Assembly: GCA_963809665.1 (NCBI GenBank)
Contig: CAWEKC010000003.1
Location: 105,473 to 169,472, forward strand
Reading direction: 5' to 3'
Source: Candidatus Gottesmanbacteria bacterium
GTDB taxonomy: Bacteria; Patescibacteriota; Microgenomatia; UBA10105; UBA927
Length of the DNA stretch: 64,000 bases
Shown here: piece by piece, positions 48,276 through 57,398 of the stretch
How positions within the stretch are numbered: the first letter of the stretch is position 1
How the letters are laid out: every line of letters starts with the position of its first letter
Translations under genes and position numbers: made by a program
The notes under the pieces: generated by a model
What the model was told of the DNA's origin: nothing
The model's input: only the letters and a program-made list of their open reading frames with translations
The model's database searches: none

Positions 48276-49992
48276 CCTTTCACTCATCTCTACATTACTT
48301 CTCGTATTCAGCGCTGCGATTATCGGGGGCGCGATTGCGAAAATCTTCAAACAACCGACCCTGCTGGGATACATAGCCGCGGGCGTATTGTTCGGGAATA
48401 TATTTCCGCGGGCTACAGACGCTACGTTTTTAAAAGGGATAGGGGATATCGGGGTAACGTTACTGCTCTTTACAATCGGCGTTGAGTTTTCCTTTCGCCG
48501 GTTAAAGACGCTCCTCGGTACGCTGCCTTGGGCAGCTATAGCCCAGTTGGTCCTGTGCATTTTCCTGTTCCTGCTGCTTACGATGTTTCTCGGATTTCCG
48601 TTTTTGGCAGCTTTAGTCATTTCCATTGCGGGTTCGCTTTCCTCAACAGCGGTCATTGTGAAGGTACTCTCCGAGCGCGGGGAACTGGATTCCGTACCCG
48701 GTGAAGTGATGACCGGATGGTCAGTGGTGCAGGATTTGGCTGTCATTCCGATAATGATTCTGCTTCCGGTTGTCATCGCCAGCGCCACAACCGGAAATAT
48801 CACGGTACCGTCCGTCGTTACATCACTGGCTTTCGGCATCCTTAAGGCAGCCGTTGCGCTGGGTCTTATTATTTTTCTGGGGAAAACGGTGGTGCCCAAG
48901 GCGTTGGGGAAAGTGGCAGATCTCGGTAACCGTGAAATATTTATGCTTGTCACAGTAGGGCTTGTGATGTTATCCGCCGCCACGACCTATGTCCTGGGGC
49001 TCTCGGCTGCTCTTGGAGCTTTTGTGGCGGGACTTTTAATATCCGAAACGAGCCAGAATCATGCGATTTTCGCTGAAGTCCGGCCGCTACGGGATCTCTT
49101 CGTCGTCATATTTTTTGTCTCCATCGGGATGGGAGTACCGGGCTCTTATTTACTCCGGTCGGCCGGAATTCTGGCGATCCTGGCAATAGTCATACTTGCC
49201 GTTAAATGGTTTGTGGTTATGGGGTTGATGCGGTTTATGGGGTATCACCGAAAAACTTCGTTTCTTGTTGCCGTGGGACTTACGCAAATGAGCGAATTCG
49301 GGTTTATCATCGCCAGCCAGGGGTGGAGTTCTGGGCGCCCTGACCCGTGATCAATACACGCTGTTGGTTTCTCTGACATTTCTCACGATTTTGGTATCCA
49401 CGCCGTTTTTTTCACAGGGACACAGGTTGTATTATGGTCTGCATGGGTGGTTGGACAAATATATGCCGAAAGTATTCCATATATCCGCGGGCAGGCGGAG
49501 AAACAGGAAGAATTACCATACCGGGATCATATTGTGCTCTGCGGGTACGGGAGGGTAGGGAAGTATATCGGCAGGGCACTGGAAATGGCCGAAATTCCTT
49601 TCGTTGTTGTTGATTACAATAACGCGACAATTGCGGCATTGAAGATTAAAGGAATTCCCGTCGTTTATGGTGACCCTGCGGATAAAGGCGTTTTAGATTG
49701 GGCTCAGGTGGATTATGCAAAAGCCATTATTATTGCCATTCCGGACCGGCATACGCAGGAACTGGTGATTGCTCATGCCCAGACGCTTAACCGCCGTATT
49801 AAAATAATCTGCCGGACGCATCATGAGGAGGATCAAAAATACCTTAAGTCCCTGGGGGTGGATGCCGTGATACAACCGGAGTTTGAAGCGGCGCTATCCA
49901 TCGTAGAACGGTTGTTGCCGTCCTTCGGTGTCGCGGATGCAGATGTCGCCGGCAAAATTTCACGTCTCAAGATCGAACACGGTGTAGGGTAA
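48250..49992 (+). CDS. CPA2 (KefB-like) cation:proton antiporter with C-terminal RCK/TrkA-N domain, split by two homopolymer indels (about 49320 and 49489)
   Basis: Membrane domain in frame 1 to 49350, linker (GVLGALTRDQYTLLVSLTFLTILVSTPFF) in frame 2, RCK domain (HIVLCGYGRVGKYIGRAL) back in frame 1 from 49447; shifts at GGGG and GGG runs. Confidence 0.7.
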
Positions 49993-50013
49993 AAGTTAAA
50001 AGTGGCAATTCAG

Positions 50014-50391
50014 TTATGCTTCTTTATTTTGTATACATCCAGTAGCAGCTTCCTGCGGGAAGGAAAGTCCTGCATTTCTCAGAGATTGTGCCAAACAGGT
50101 TCCATGTGCTCGGTTTCCATCATTGAAGCATCTACACATAAGAGTTGTATCCACTTTTACATTTCCATCCTGCTGGTCTAGGTAATTTACGATGACGGCT
50201 TCACCGACTTTTATAGCTACCATCGCTCCTGTCTGTTCTGCCTGTGCAGCAGGAACAGTTTTGGAAAAAGTAATTTTGACAGCGCAATGTTCCGTTTTTG
50301 GCATACGATGACTTTGGAGTGTACATCCCTCTTTTAGCTTTGTCAATAAAAAGCCTGTTACAATAAGCTGTATGCAGGGTTTTAGCTTCAA
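50014..50391 (-). CDS. Hypothetical Cys-rich small protein (C-x-C-x9-HGTC cluster)
   Basis: 125-aa ORF in lower-GC segment; MCRCFNDGNRAHGTC metal-site-like cluster; no family recognised. Confidence 0.3.
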   Translation of the reverse strand: MKLKPCIQLIVTGFLLTKLKEGCTLQSHRMPKTEHCAVKITFSKTVPAAQAEQTGAMVAIKVGEAVIVNYLDQQDGNVKVDTTLMCRCFNDGNRAHGTCLAQSLRNAGLSFPQEAATGCIQNKEA

Positions 50392-50430
50392 ACAGCTTCA
50401 GTTCAAAATCGAACTCGACGCAGGGTGAAG

Positions 50431-50973
50431 TTATTTTTTAACGGTGATATTATATGCTGAAGTCCGTAAATTTTTCATATCTTTACTAATCCATTCTGAA
50501 TAAGATGTGCCTAAATTATTCATTTCCTCCGATGACATTTTTTGGAAATTCACCGGTTTAAAACCATGCTCGACAGCACAATCAATAATTAAAACGTGTG
50601 GCACCGAAATTAATGTCGGTTTGCCGTGCACAAATATTCCCTGGTTCCCACAAAACGGAACGTCCACAATTATAGAAACGTCAGCGTTTTTTTTGGTCAC
50701 ACGATAAATTTCATTCCAAATGTTAGATGTAAACCCCGTGAGATCATAGAGAAGCTCATCATGTGGAAGTACCATATCAACATGTTTAAATATACCGGTA
50801 ACGAACGGCAATGCCATTTCTGCATTCGCCTGGATTAATTTGACCTTATCAGTTATTTGCGAAAGCTGTAATGACAAGCGATCATAATCTAAACCAATCG
50901 TTGTTCCGTGATTATTGCGGAGGTAGGTACCGCCATAGCCTATGCCAATGTCTAACGTGAGTTCTTTTTTCAT
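50431..50973 (-). CDS. Small class I SAM-dependent methyltransferase
   Basis: Motif I LDIGIGYGGT, acidic beta2 end (GLDYD), motif III-like KLIQANAEMALPF; 180 aa. Confidence 0.5.
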   Translation of the reverse strand: MKKELTLDIGIGYGGTYLRNNHGTTIGLDYDRLSLQLSQITDKVKLIQANAEMALPFVTGIFKHVDMVLPHDELLYDLTGFTSNIWNEIYRVTKKNADVSIIVDVPFCGNQGIFVHGKPTLISVPHVLIIDCAVEHGFKPVNFQKMSSEEMNNLGTSYSEWISKDMKNLRTSAYNITVKK

Positions 50974-50990
50974 GAGATGTTTTTACCCGT

Positions 50991-51293
50991 TCACGATTTG
51001 GTTAACCTGTTGGTGACGATTTCCAAAATACCATTGATCATTGCTTCTTTCGCATCATCCGGTATCTGATCGATTAATATGGTATTAACCCTGTTCTCAA
51101 GTTTATCGTTGTTAGACCTTTCGGTAAAAAGTTGTACCCATATCGACGGGGTATCTTTGCTGACATCGATTTGTATTTTGTTTTCAGAATGAAACCGTGA
51201 GTTGGCAAGTTCAACAAGGTTTGATTCATCCGGCAGAGGAAAATCAGCACCGCGAAGTTCCAAATTGTACTTATTTTTAATACGTACCACCAC
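50991..51293 (-). CDS. Hypothetical protein
   Basis: 100-aa ORF in lower-GC segment, no motifs. Confidence 0.3.
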   Translation of the reverse strand: MVVRIKNKYNLELRGADFPLPDESNLVELANSRFHSENKIQIDVSKDTPSIWVQLFTERSNNDKLENRVNTILIDQIPDDAKEAMINGILEIVTNRLTKS

Positions 51294-51738
51294 TCCTTGG
51301 TCAAAGATAATGGGTTATCATAAATGGAGGCAATAGATAAAAATTCTCTTCCGTAAGGGTCGATTGTATCTTCGGCTAATGCTTTTAAATCATGTACAAC
51401 TGATTTTGTCGGAAGAATGACACTGCGGGAATCTCTTCCCGCATGCTCGAATACGGGATCGGATTGAAGTGATACGAAAATACCCTCTGCAGATCTCTTT
51501 CAGGTTCATTTTGTGCCTGTCACTTCACCATTCGAAGTGTCTCGAGTGCATAATATAGTACGATCGCCAATGTATCACCGTTGTGCGCTGCTCTGATCAG
51601 TTTGGCACAGAGCGGTCCGATCCTCAGTCGTAATGACGTCTAACATGTCTATTTCTTCCGGGGTTAAAGGTTCAAAGTTTTTGGGCATTTTGGGCGATTC
51701 AACAGGGTTATTCATAGGTTGGTACTATATCATTTTTT
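51294..51738 (-). pseudogene. Gene-free stretch with short decayed ORF fragments (for example 49-aa ORF 51566-51715)
   Basis: No ORF of 60 aa or more on either strand over 445 bp in an otherwise tightly packed genome; short fragments in several frames. Confidence 0.3.
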
Positions 51739-51777
51739 GTGTGTTTTATCAATCCGGGACGTGCTAAAATAGGGGAC

Positions 51778-52914
51778 ATGGCCGTATTTAGCTTCAGGCA
51801 GCTTCATAAAGACAAGAAAACACAGGCACGGACAGGGGAAATACACACGCCCCACGGTATAATTCAAACTCCTGCGTTTGTACCGGTGGGTACACAGGCA
51901 ACGGTAAAAAGCCTCACACCCGAAGAATTGGATACAATTGGTGTTCAATTATTTTTCGTGAATACCTATCATATGTACCTGCGGCCGGGGATTGAAGTTG
52001 TCAAAAAAGCGGGAGGGTTGCATAAATTTATGAATTGGAAAAGTCCGCTTATGACGGATTCCGGGGGATTCCAGATATTTTCATTGGCGCGAAAAGCCTC
52101 TCTGGTAAAGATCACCGATAACGGGGTTGAATTTCAGTCCCATTGGGATGGCACGAAACACCTGTTTACACCGGAGACAAGTATGCAGTGGCAAACCGCC
52201 TTAGGCAGCGATATTCACATTGCGTTTGATGACTGCACCCCATACCCGGTCACGCACGAGAAGGCAAAAAAATCCATGGAGCGGACTCATGAATGGGCAA
52301 AAAGAAGTCTTGCGGAACATAAAAAAATAAATAATAAAAATATTGCTGCAAAAAAATCAAATCAGGCTTTATATGGCTCAATTCAGGGGAGTGTATTTGA
52401 GGATTTGCGGCAGGAGTCGACGAAATTTATCACTTCTATGGATTTTGACGGGATTGCAATCGGCGGCGTATCGGTAGGGGAAAGTAAAAAGGAAATGGAA
52501 CGGGTAGTACGGTGGGTTGTTCCGCTTTTGCCTGGAGAGAAACCCCGCCATCTTCTGGGGGTGGGGGAGGTAGATGATATTTTTACTCTTGTGGCGTACG
52601 GCATGGATACGTTTGACTGCGTCCAACCCACGAGACTTGCACGCGTCGGGAAGCTATATGTAAAACATAGCCACATTGATATCATGAAAGCTGTATTTGC
52701 CCGGGATTTCGGACCGATTGAACGGGGCTGCACGTGTTATACGTGTACAAATTTTACCCGTGCATACATTCATCACCTGTTTCACGTCCGGGAACTATTG
52801 GCGTATAGACTGGCAACAATCCATAATCTTTATTTCATCCACACGCTTGTCGGGGATATCCGGAAAAGTATTGCGGACAATTCGTTCCTTGAACTCTCTC
52901 ACGCGTGGCTTTAG
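51778..52914 (+). CDS. tgt: Queuine/preQ1 tRNA-ribosyltransferase
   Basis: GIIQTPAFVPVGTQA, zinc site CTCYTCTNFTRAYIHHL (CxCxxC...H), DSGGFQ; start set at ATG 51778. Confidence 0.85.
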   Translation: MAVFSFRQLHKDKKTQARTGEIHTPHGIIQTPAFVPVGTQATVKSLTPEELDTIGVQLFFVNTYHMYLRPGIEVVKKAGGLHKFMNWKSPLMTDSGGFQIFSLARKASLVKITDNGVEFQSHWDGTKHLFTPETSMQWQTALGSDIHIAFDDCTPYPVTHEKAKKSMERTHEWAKRSLAEHKKINNKNIAAKKSNQALYGSIQGSVFEDLRQESTKFITSMDFDGIAIGGVSVGESKKEMERVVRWVVPLLPGEKPRHLLGVGEVDDIFTLVAYGMDTFDCVQPTRLARVGKLYVKHSHIDIMKAVFARDFGPIERGCTCYTCTNFTRAYIHHLFHVRELLAYRLATIHNLYFIHTLVGDIRKSIADNSFLELSHAWL

Positions 52915-52936
52915 AATACGGGAAGGAGGAAATACT

Positions 52937-53086
52937 ATGCCGTCATTCGGTGATTATACTAACGATAAAAAGAAGAAACTGAAAAAATCTGTGCTGGAAA
53001 AAAAGGCGCAAAAACAAATGAACAACTCCGGCGCATGGCAGATGCCGCAGGTTGAAATTATCAAAAAGGGCAAGAAAGACTGGTAA
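52937..53086 (+). CDS. Small Lys-rich protein (49 aa) with strong Shine-Dalgarno
   Basis: GGAAGGAGGA 7 nt upstream of ATG 52937; highly basic; function unknown. Confidence 0.35.
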   Translation: MPSFGDYTNDKKKKLKKSVLEKKAQKQMNNSGAWQMPQVEIIKKGKKDW

Positions 53087-54028
53087 ATGACAGGCAGACG
53101 CCGACATTCACATTCTTTTATCTGGATTTTCGTCATTCTCGTCATTGTATCGATCGGGTTATGGACGCTTTTTTCCGGTAGATCTAATCCCTACGGGAGG
53201 GAAACGTATGTCCTCGTATCCGATCCGACGGTCGTTGCATCTTGGAGTCCTGTCGATAACGTTTTGACTCTTATTTCATTTCCATCAGATATGTTAGCTG
53301 AAGGGACGCACGGGTACGGCATTTATTCGCTTGCCGCGTTTTGGCGTCTGGGAGAAATAGACAAAAAGGACGGTACGGTCCTCGCAGAAAGTATGAGTGA
53401 AGCTCTGGGGATTCCCGTTGACGGATATATCGGGCCGCAATCCGGTGTAATTACCGGTACGGATGCGCTGGAGACAGCGAAATCCGCATTTTCGCTGAAA
53501 AATATTTTTGGTTTTCTGGGGGGGCGGTTTAGGACAAATATCCCGCTCGGGAAATTTATTTCGTTTGCGTGGCGCCTAAATTTTTCCAGACCTGATAGAG
53601 TCAACACCTATGATTTCACACACAATATAGCAGCTGTTGCAGTTGATTCGGTGTTGCCGGACGGGACAACCGTACAGATTCTGGACCCTCAGAGGCTGGA
53701 CTCCCAATTGAATACCGTTTTTGAGGACGAGACGGCACGGCGTGAATCCGTAACGGTTGCGGTTTACAACACGACGGACATGCCATCGCTGGGCAATAGA
53801 GTGGGCAGGCTTTTGACCAATCTCGGCGTTTCGGTTGTGACAGTCGGCAACGATACCCCTGAGGTGGATGCATGCACTATAGTTGGGGACACAGAAGCCC
53901 TTAAAAGCAAAAGTGCGCAGATTATTGAAGCTGTGCTGGGATGCAAAAGCATAGCGGGGGAGGGAATACGAGCGGACCTGGTCATTCGAATCGGTGAGTC
54001 CTATGCAAAAAGATTCCTGCCAAATTAA
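53087..54028 (+). CDS. LytR-CpsA-Psr (LCP) family protein
   Basis: N-terminal TM anchor, LCP core (LISFPSDM...GYGIYSLAAF), C-terminal LytR_C-like segment. Confidence 0.55.
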   Translation: MTGRRRHSHSFIWIFVILVIVSIGLWTLFSGRSNPYGRETYVLVSDPTVVASWSPVDNVLTLISFPSDMLAEGTHGYGIYSLAAFWRLGEIDKKDGTVLAESMSEALGIPVDGYIGPQSGVITGTDALETAKSAFSLKNIFGFLGGRFRTNIPLGKFISFAWRLNFSRPDRVNTYDFTHNIAAVAVDSVLPDGTTVQILDPQRLDSQLNTVFEDETARRESVTVAVYNTTDMPSLGNRVGRLLTNLGVSVVTVGNDTPEVDACTIVGDTEALKSKSAQIIEAVLGCKSIAGEGIRADLVIRIGESYAKRFLPN

Positions 54029-54029
54029 C

Positions 54030-54833
54030 CTATGATGACTCACCCTCTTCAGCAGCAGTATCGCTGTCCGCATCTTCGCCTGTCGGGGTCATATCCGGAG
54101 TTTCGCGCGTTCCTGATTTTGCAAACGATACGTAACTGGTCGTACTCGTAAAAGAAGGCTGTTTGGCAAATTTTTTTCCCCGGGTAAGCTCCCTCAACAT
54201 CACTTTAACTGATTTCTTCTCGACGCCTTTCACGATAGTCTGGTAAGTGTTGCCTCCGGCCATCATTTTATTGAGTTTAAATGACATGTCATCAGGAAGC
54301 GCAGCGATATATGTATTACTGCTCGTTCTCACTTCGATGGCATGAGGTTTTGGTTTTAAGAAAACCTCCTGTCCCGCCGAAAGAGTCGAGAGCACGTGGG
54401 AGGGTGCAACGTGGACGCATTCGACGATTTTCGTTTTGCCGGGTTCTTCGAGGAATATCATTGGAGACATGTACGTGCAGGCTTCATTCGCCATATCCTT
54501 TTTTTTAAGAGTTGACATTTTTTTGAGATTTTTAGATGCAATCTGGTTGTATTTATCCAGTAACAGTACTTTTTGGTAGGTTCGTTTTGCGGTAAGAATT
54601 TGTCCGGTTTTGAGGTAGGCGAATGCCAACCGACATAACGCCTCGAGGTCGCTTTTATCAGATTTGACGATCGCAAGATTAATTCGGATAGCCTCTTTCC
54701 AATCCTGAGCAAGTGCGGCGGCAATCGCTGTATCCGCCGTAGGATGATCGGATATCATAACGGGCAGTGTACCCATTTCTTGAGAAAAGTCAATATAGGA
54801 AGTAGAATAGGTCAGTATGAGCGGACATTCCAA
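54030..54833 (-). CDS. Hypothetical TPR-containing protein with Ser/Thr/acidic tail
   Basis: TPR-like helices (LAFAYLKTGQILTAKRTYQKVLLLD); no enzyme motifs. Confidence 0.3.
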   Translation of the reverse strand: MECPLILTYSTSYIDFSQEMGTLPVMISDHPTADTAIAAALAQDWKEAIRINLAIVKSDKSDLEALCRLAFAYLKTGQILTAKRTYQKVLLLDKYNQIASKNLKKMSTLKKKDMANEACTYMSPMIFLEEPGKTKIVECVHVAPSHVLSTLSAGQEVFLKPKPHAIEVRTSSNTYIAALPDDMSFKLNKMMAGGNTYQTIVKGVEKKSVKVMLRELTRGKKFAKQPSFTSTTSYVSFAKSGTRETPDMTPTGEDADSDTAAEEGESS

Positions 54834-55536
54834 GTGGTCAAAAGTGAAACATCAGAAAGCGACGACCGATGTGGTGAAGAGTTTTGCATTTACGAAAGCA
54901 ACGCGCGCTATCGCTGTGGCCGTCCGCGAGGGCGGGGGAATTACTGATCCAGAGAGCAATTTCCATCTTCGCCTGGCTATTGAGAAAGCACACGACGTGA
55001 ACATGCCCAAAGAAAACATAGTACGGGCCATTGCAAAAGCGTCGGGGGAGGGAGCCGCGGCTTATGAACAGATTATGTACGAAGGCTACGGCCCAGGGGG
55101 TGTTGCGTTTCTCATTGAGACGGCAACGGACAATAAACAACGTACCGTTTCTCAGGTAAAGAACGCGCTGGAGCGGTTTGGCGGAACCCTTGCCTCCCCG
55201 GGCGCAGTCAGTTTTCAATTCATCAGGCGGGGTCTTTTAACCGTTCCGAAACAGGGGATTGACTACGATAAACTACTTTCCGCCGCTATCGATGCAGGGG
55301 CCGAAGATGTTACGGAAACCACGAATCTCTACGAAGTTTATACAAAAGATTCGGACCTTTCTCGTGTTAAAAAATCTCTGGAAACGGTAAAAATTCCGAT
55401 TGAAACAACGGCGCGTATTATGCATGCCACGAGCCCGATAGAAACGGAAGAAGAAATTCATGCAAAAACAGATGATTTGGTGGCAGCCCTTGAGGAATTA
55501 GACGATGTGCAGACGGTTTTCACTAATCTTACGTAA
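54817..55536 (+). CDS. yebC: YebC/PmpR-family transcriptional regulatory protein
   Basis: MSGHSKWSKVKHQKATTD N-terminus diagnostic of YebC family. Confidence 0.85.
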   Translation: MSGHSKWSKVKHQKATTDVVKSFAFTKATRAIAVAVREGGGITDPESNFHLRLAIEKAHDVNMPKENIVRAIAKASGEGAAAYEQIMYEGYGPGGVAFLIETATDNKQRTVSQVKNALERFGGTLASPGAVSFQFIRRGLLTVPKQGIDYDKLLSAAIDAGAEDVTETTNLYEVYTKDSDLSRVKKSLETVKIPIETTARIMHATSPIETEEEIHAKTDDLVAALEELDDVQTVFTNLT

Positions 55537-55560
55537 TCAATATTATGAATACAAAAATTA

Positions 55561-56385
55561 TTGATGCCGGTACGCAGATGGTTTATTAGATCTCAGCGTC
55601 ATTTTTCGCTCACAAAACGCCAACAGTTCGTCGGAGTGACGATAATACTTACTGTCGGGTTACTATTAACACAGTTGGTTACCGGAGAAACAAGGTACCC
55701 CCTGGTATTTGTCGTATCACTCGTGGCGTGCGGGTTGTCCGCATTGGTATTCCGGCGGGAAATCCGGGGCGTGGAATGGCTTACAATCCTCACGCTGCCC
55801 ACCTTGTTTACCACAGCGGTAGCGCTTTTCTATTTCCTGCTGCCGGTGCGTTGGCTTACCCGGCTGCCGGTGGCCCTCCTATACGGCGTAGGAATGTACG
55901 CGCTTCTTTTAACCGAGAATATCTATACGATTGCCGCTGACCGTACGATTGCACTACTTCGGGCCGCGCATTCCGTCGGGTTCCTTCTGACGCTCCTCAC
56001 ATACTTCTTGTTGGTACAGACGGTATTGGCATTCCGGTTTATTGCACCAGTACAGATGGTCCTCATCGGGATTATAAGTTTTTTCCTTGTGTTGCAGTCG
56101 GTATGGTCTATGGAACTATCGGAAAAGCTGGGTAGGCGAGTGTGGCATATTAGTATCGCCACAGCTGTTTTTCTGACACAACTCGTATGGGTATTTTCAT
56201 TCCTTCCGACAAAAACGACGCTTCTTGCGCTTCTTTTTACCACCGCGTTCTATAGCACGGTGGGTGCCTCCCAGCAATATCTGGTAGAAAAGCTATATAA
56301 AAAAACCGTCATTGAATTTTTTGCCGTCGCAGCAATTGTATTTATTATTACACTCGCGGCAACTTCCTGGCGCGGATCCGCATAG
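55561..56385 (+). CDS. Hypothetical polytopic membrane protein
   Basis: About 8 predicted TM helices; no motifs. Confidence 0.4.
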   Translation: MMPVRRWFIRSQRHFSLTKRQQFVGVTIILTVGLLLTQLVTGETRYPLVFVVSLVACGLSALVFRREIRGVEWLTILTLPTLFTTAVALFYFLLPVRWLTRLPVALLYGVGMYALLLTENIYTIAADRTIALLRAAHSVGFLLTLLTYFLLVQTVLAFRFIAPVQMVLIGIISFFLVLQSVWSMELSEKLGRRVWHISIATAVFLTQLVWVFSFLPTKTTLLALLFTTAFYSTVGASQQYLVEKLYKKTVIEFFAVAAIVFIITLAATSWRGSA

Positions 56386-57398
56386 ACACGAAGTGGGGGA
56401 GGAGGGTAGTCTTGTACCTGCGGGGGTGATATAGTTTGATATACACTATCCTATAATATCCTATAGCAATGTGGATAATTCTTTTCACGGAATACTATAG
56501 TCTCATTTCACGCTCCTCAGCTACTCCGCAATAGAGCATGAGGTACCCCTCCCTTGAGTACACAATGTGTGCGTATTTTTAGAAGTTTGGATTGTCAGTA
56601 CGCTCTATTTATGCGTACTAACGGTGTAGATTATCGTTCATTTTCAGCCTCAAAAATTGACGTTTGGAGCATTATACGGCGCTAAAAAAACCCGAAAGCC
56701 ATTTTTTATTACTGCTCGTGACTAGGGAGTGCTTACGTGAGGCTAATATTACTAGTTTGTCGCATAATAACGGGCTAAACTCTCTTTATCCCTGCCCGAT
56801 ACGTATGTCCGAACAGGATAGTGATAGGCTCGAAACTAATGATTTGGAGCATATTAATGCGCTATCTGTGATTGCACCAGAGACTGCAGGGAGTAAGAGC
56901 TTTACATGGTATTGCATACTGCATTTATGGCTGCATAGTAGCGTAAACATGTAAGTATAACTGTTTCACCGTTTCCCCGGGAGAGGGGTTTTTGAGGCTA
57001 CTTACGCCCCCTGTCAAGGTATGCCATATGGACCAATTGTCCGGGTCCGTTTTGCCTGGATTTCTACCGTGGGGAATCTTGACCTATGTAGTCGCACAAT
57101 AATACTTTTGCGACGTTAACCACGGGTATTCCGGAAGGGCGTATCTTTTAGCTATTTTGTTTTCTTCCACATATTAGTTATAATTTCTATTTCCAATTCT
57201 TTGTATTGTTCCCGTATTCTCTCTTTACTATTATATTCATAATTTTCTGTTATCCGGGTTTTTCCGTTTTTCGCGTGGTTATAGCCCAAACTATCGTATA
57301 GGTGTTATGTATAGATGAACAACTGGGCATGCCCTGACTAAACAAGCCGTCCTGAGGCAATACAGAGGCTTCCAGCCGAGGCTAACTCGTAGCTAACC

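Noticed and set aside
50014-50391. Cys-rich small protein as QueD or QueF (queuosine precursor enzymes) because tgt is adjacent
   Set aside because: It lacks the QueD CxxxHGH and QueF CPxTGQPD/ESKSLKLY motifs, and the similarity to either is not convincing.
56640-56870. Possible CRISPR array suggested by the repeated TTTGGAGCAT-containing segments
   Set aside because: Only two imperfect copies about 180 bp apart, with no regular repeat-spacer periodicity and no cas genes in the window.
56386-57398. RNase P RNA, tmRNA or SRP RNA in the 1-kb gene-free interval
   Set aside because: No P4 (AGGAAAGUCCGGGCUCC), no tmRNA T-arm/CCACCA end, and no SRP domain IV motif on either strand. Only a weak UCCGGAAGG word was found. 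Left as an open finding rather than a feature.
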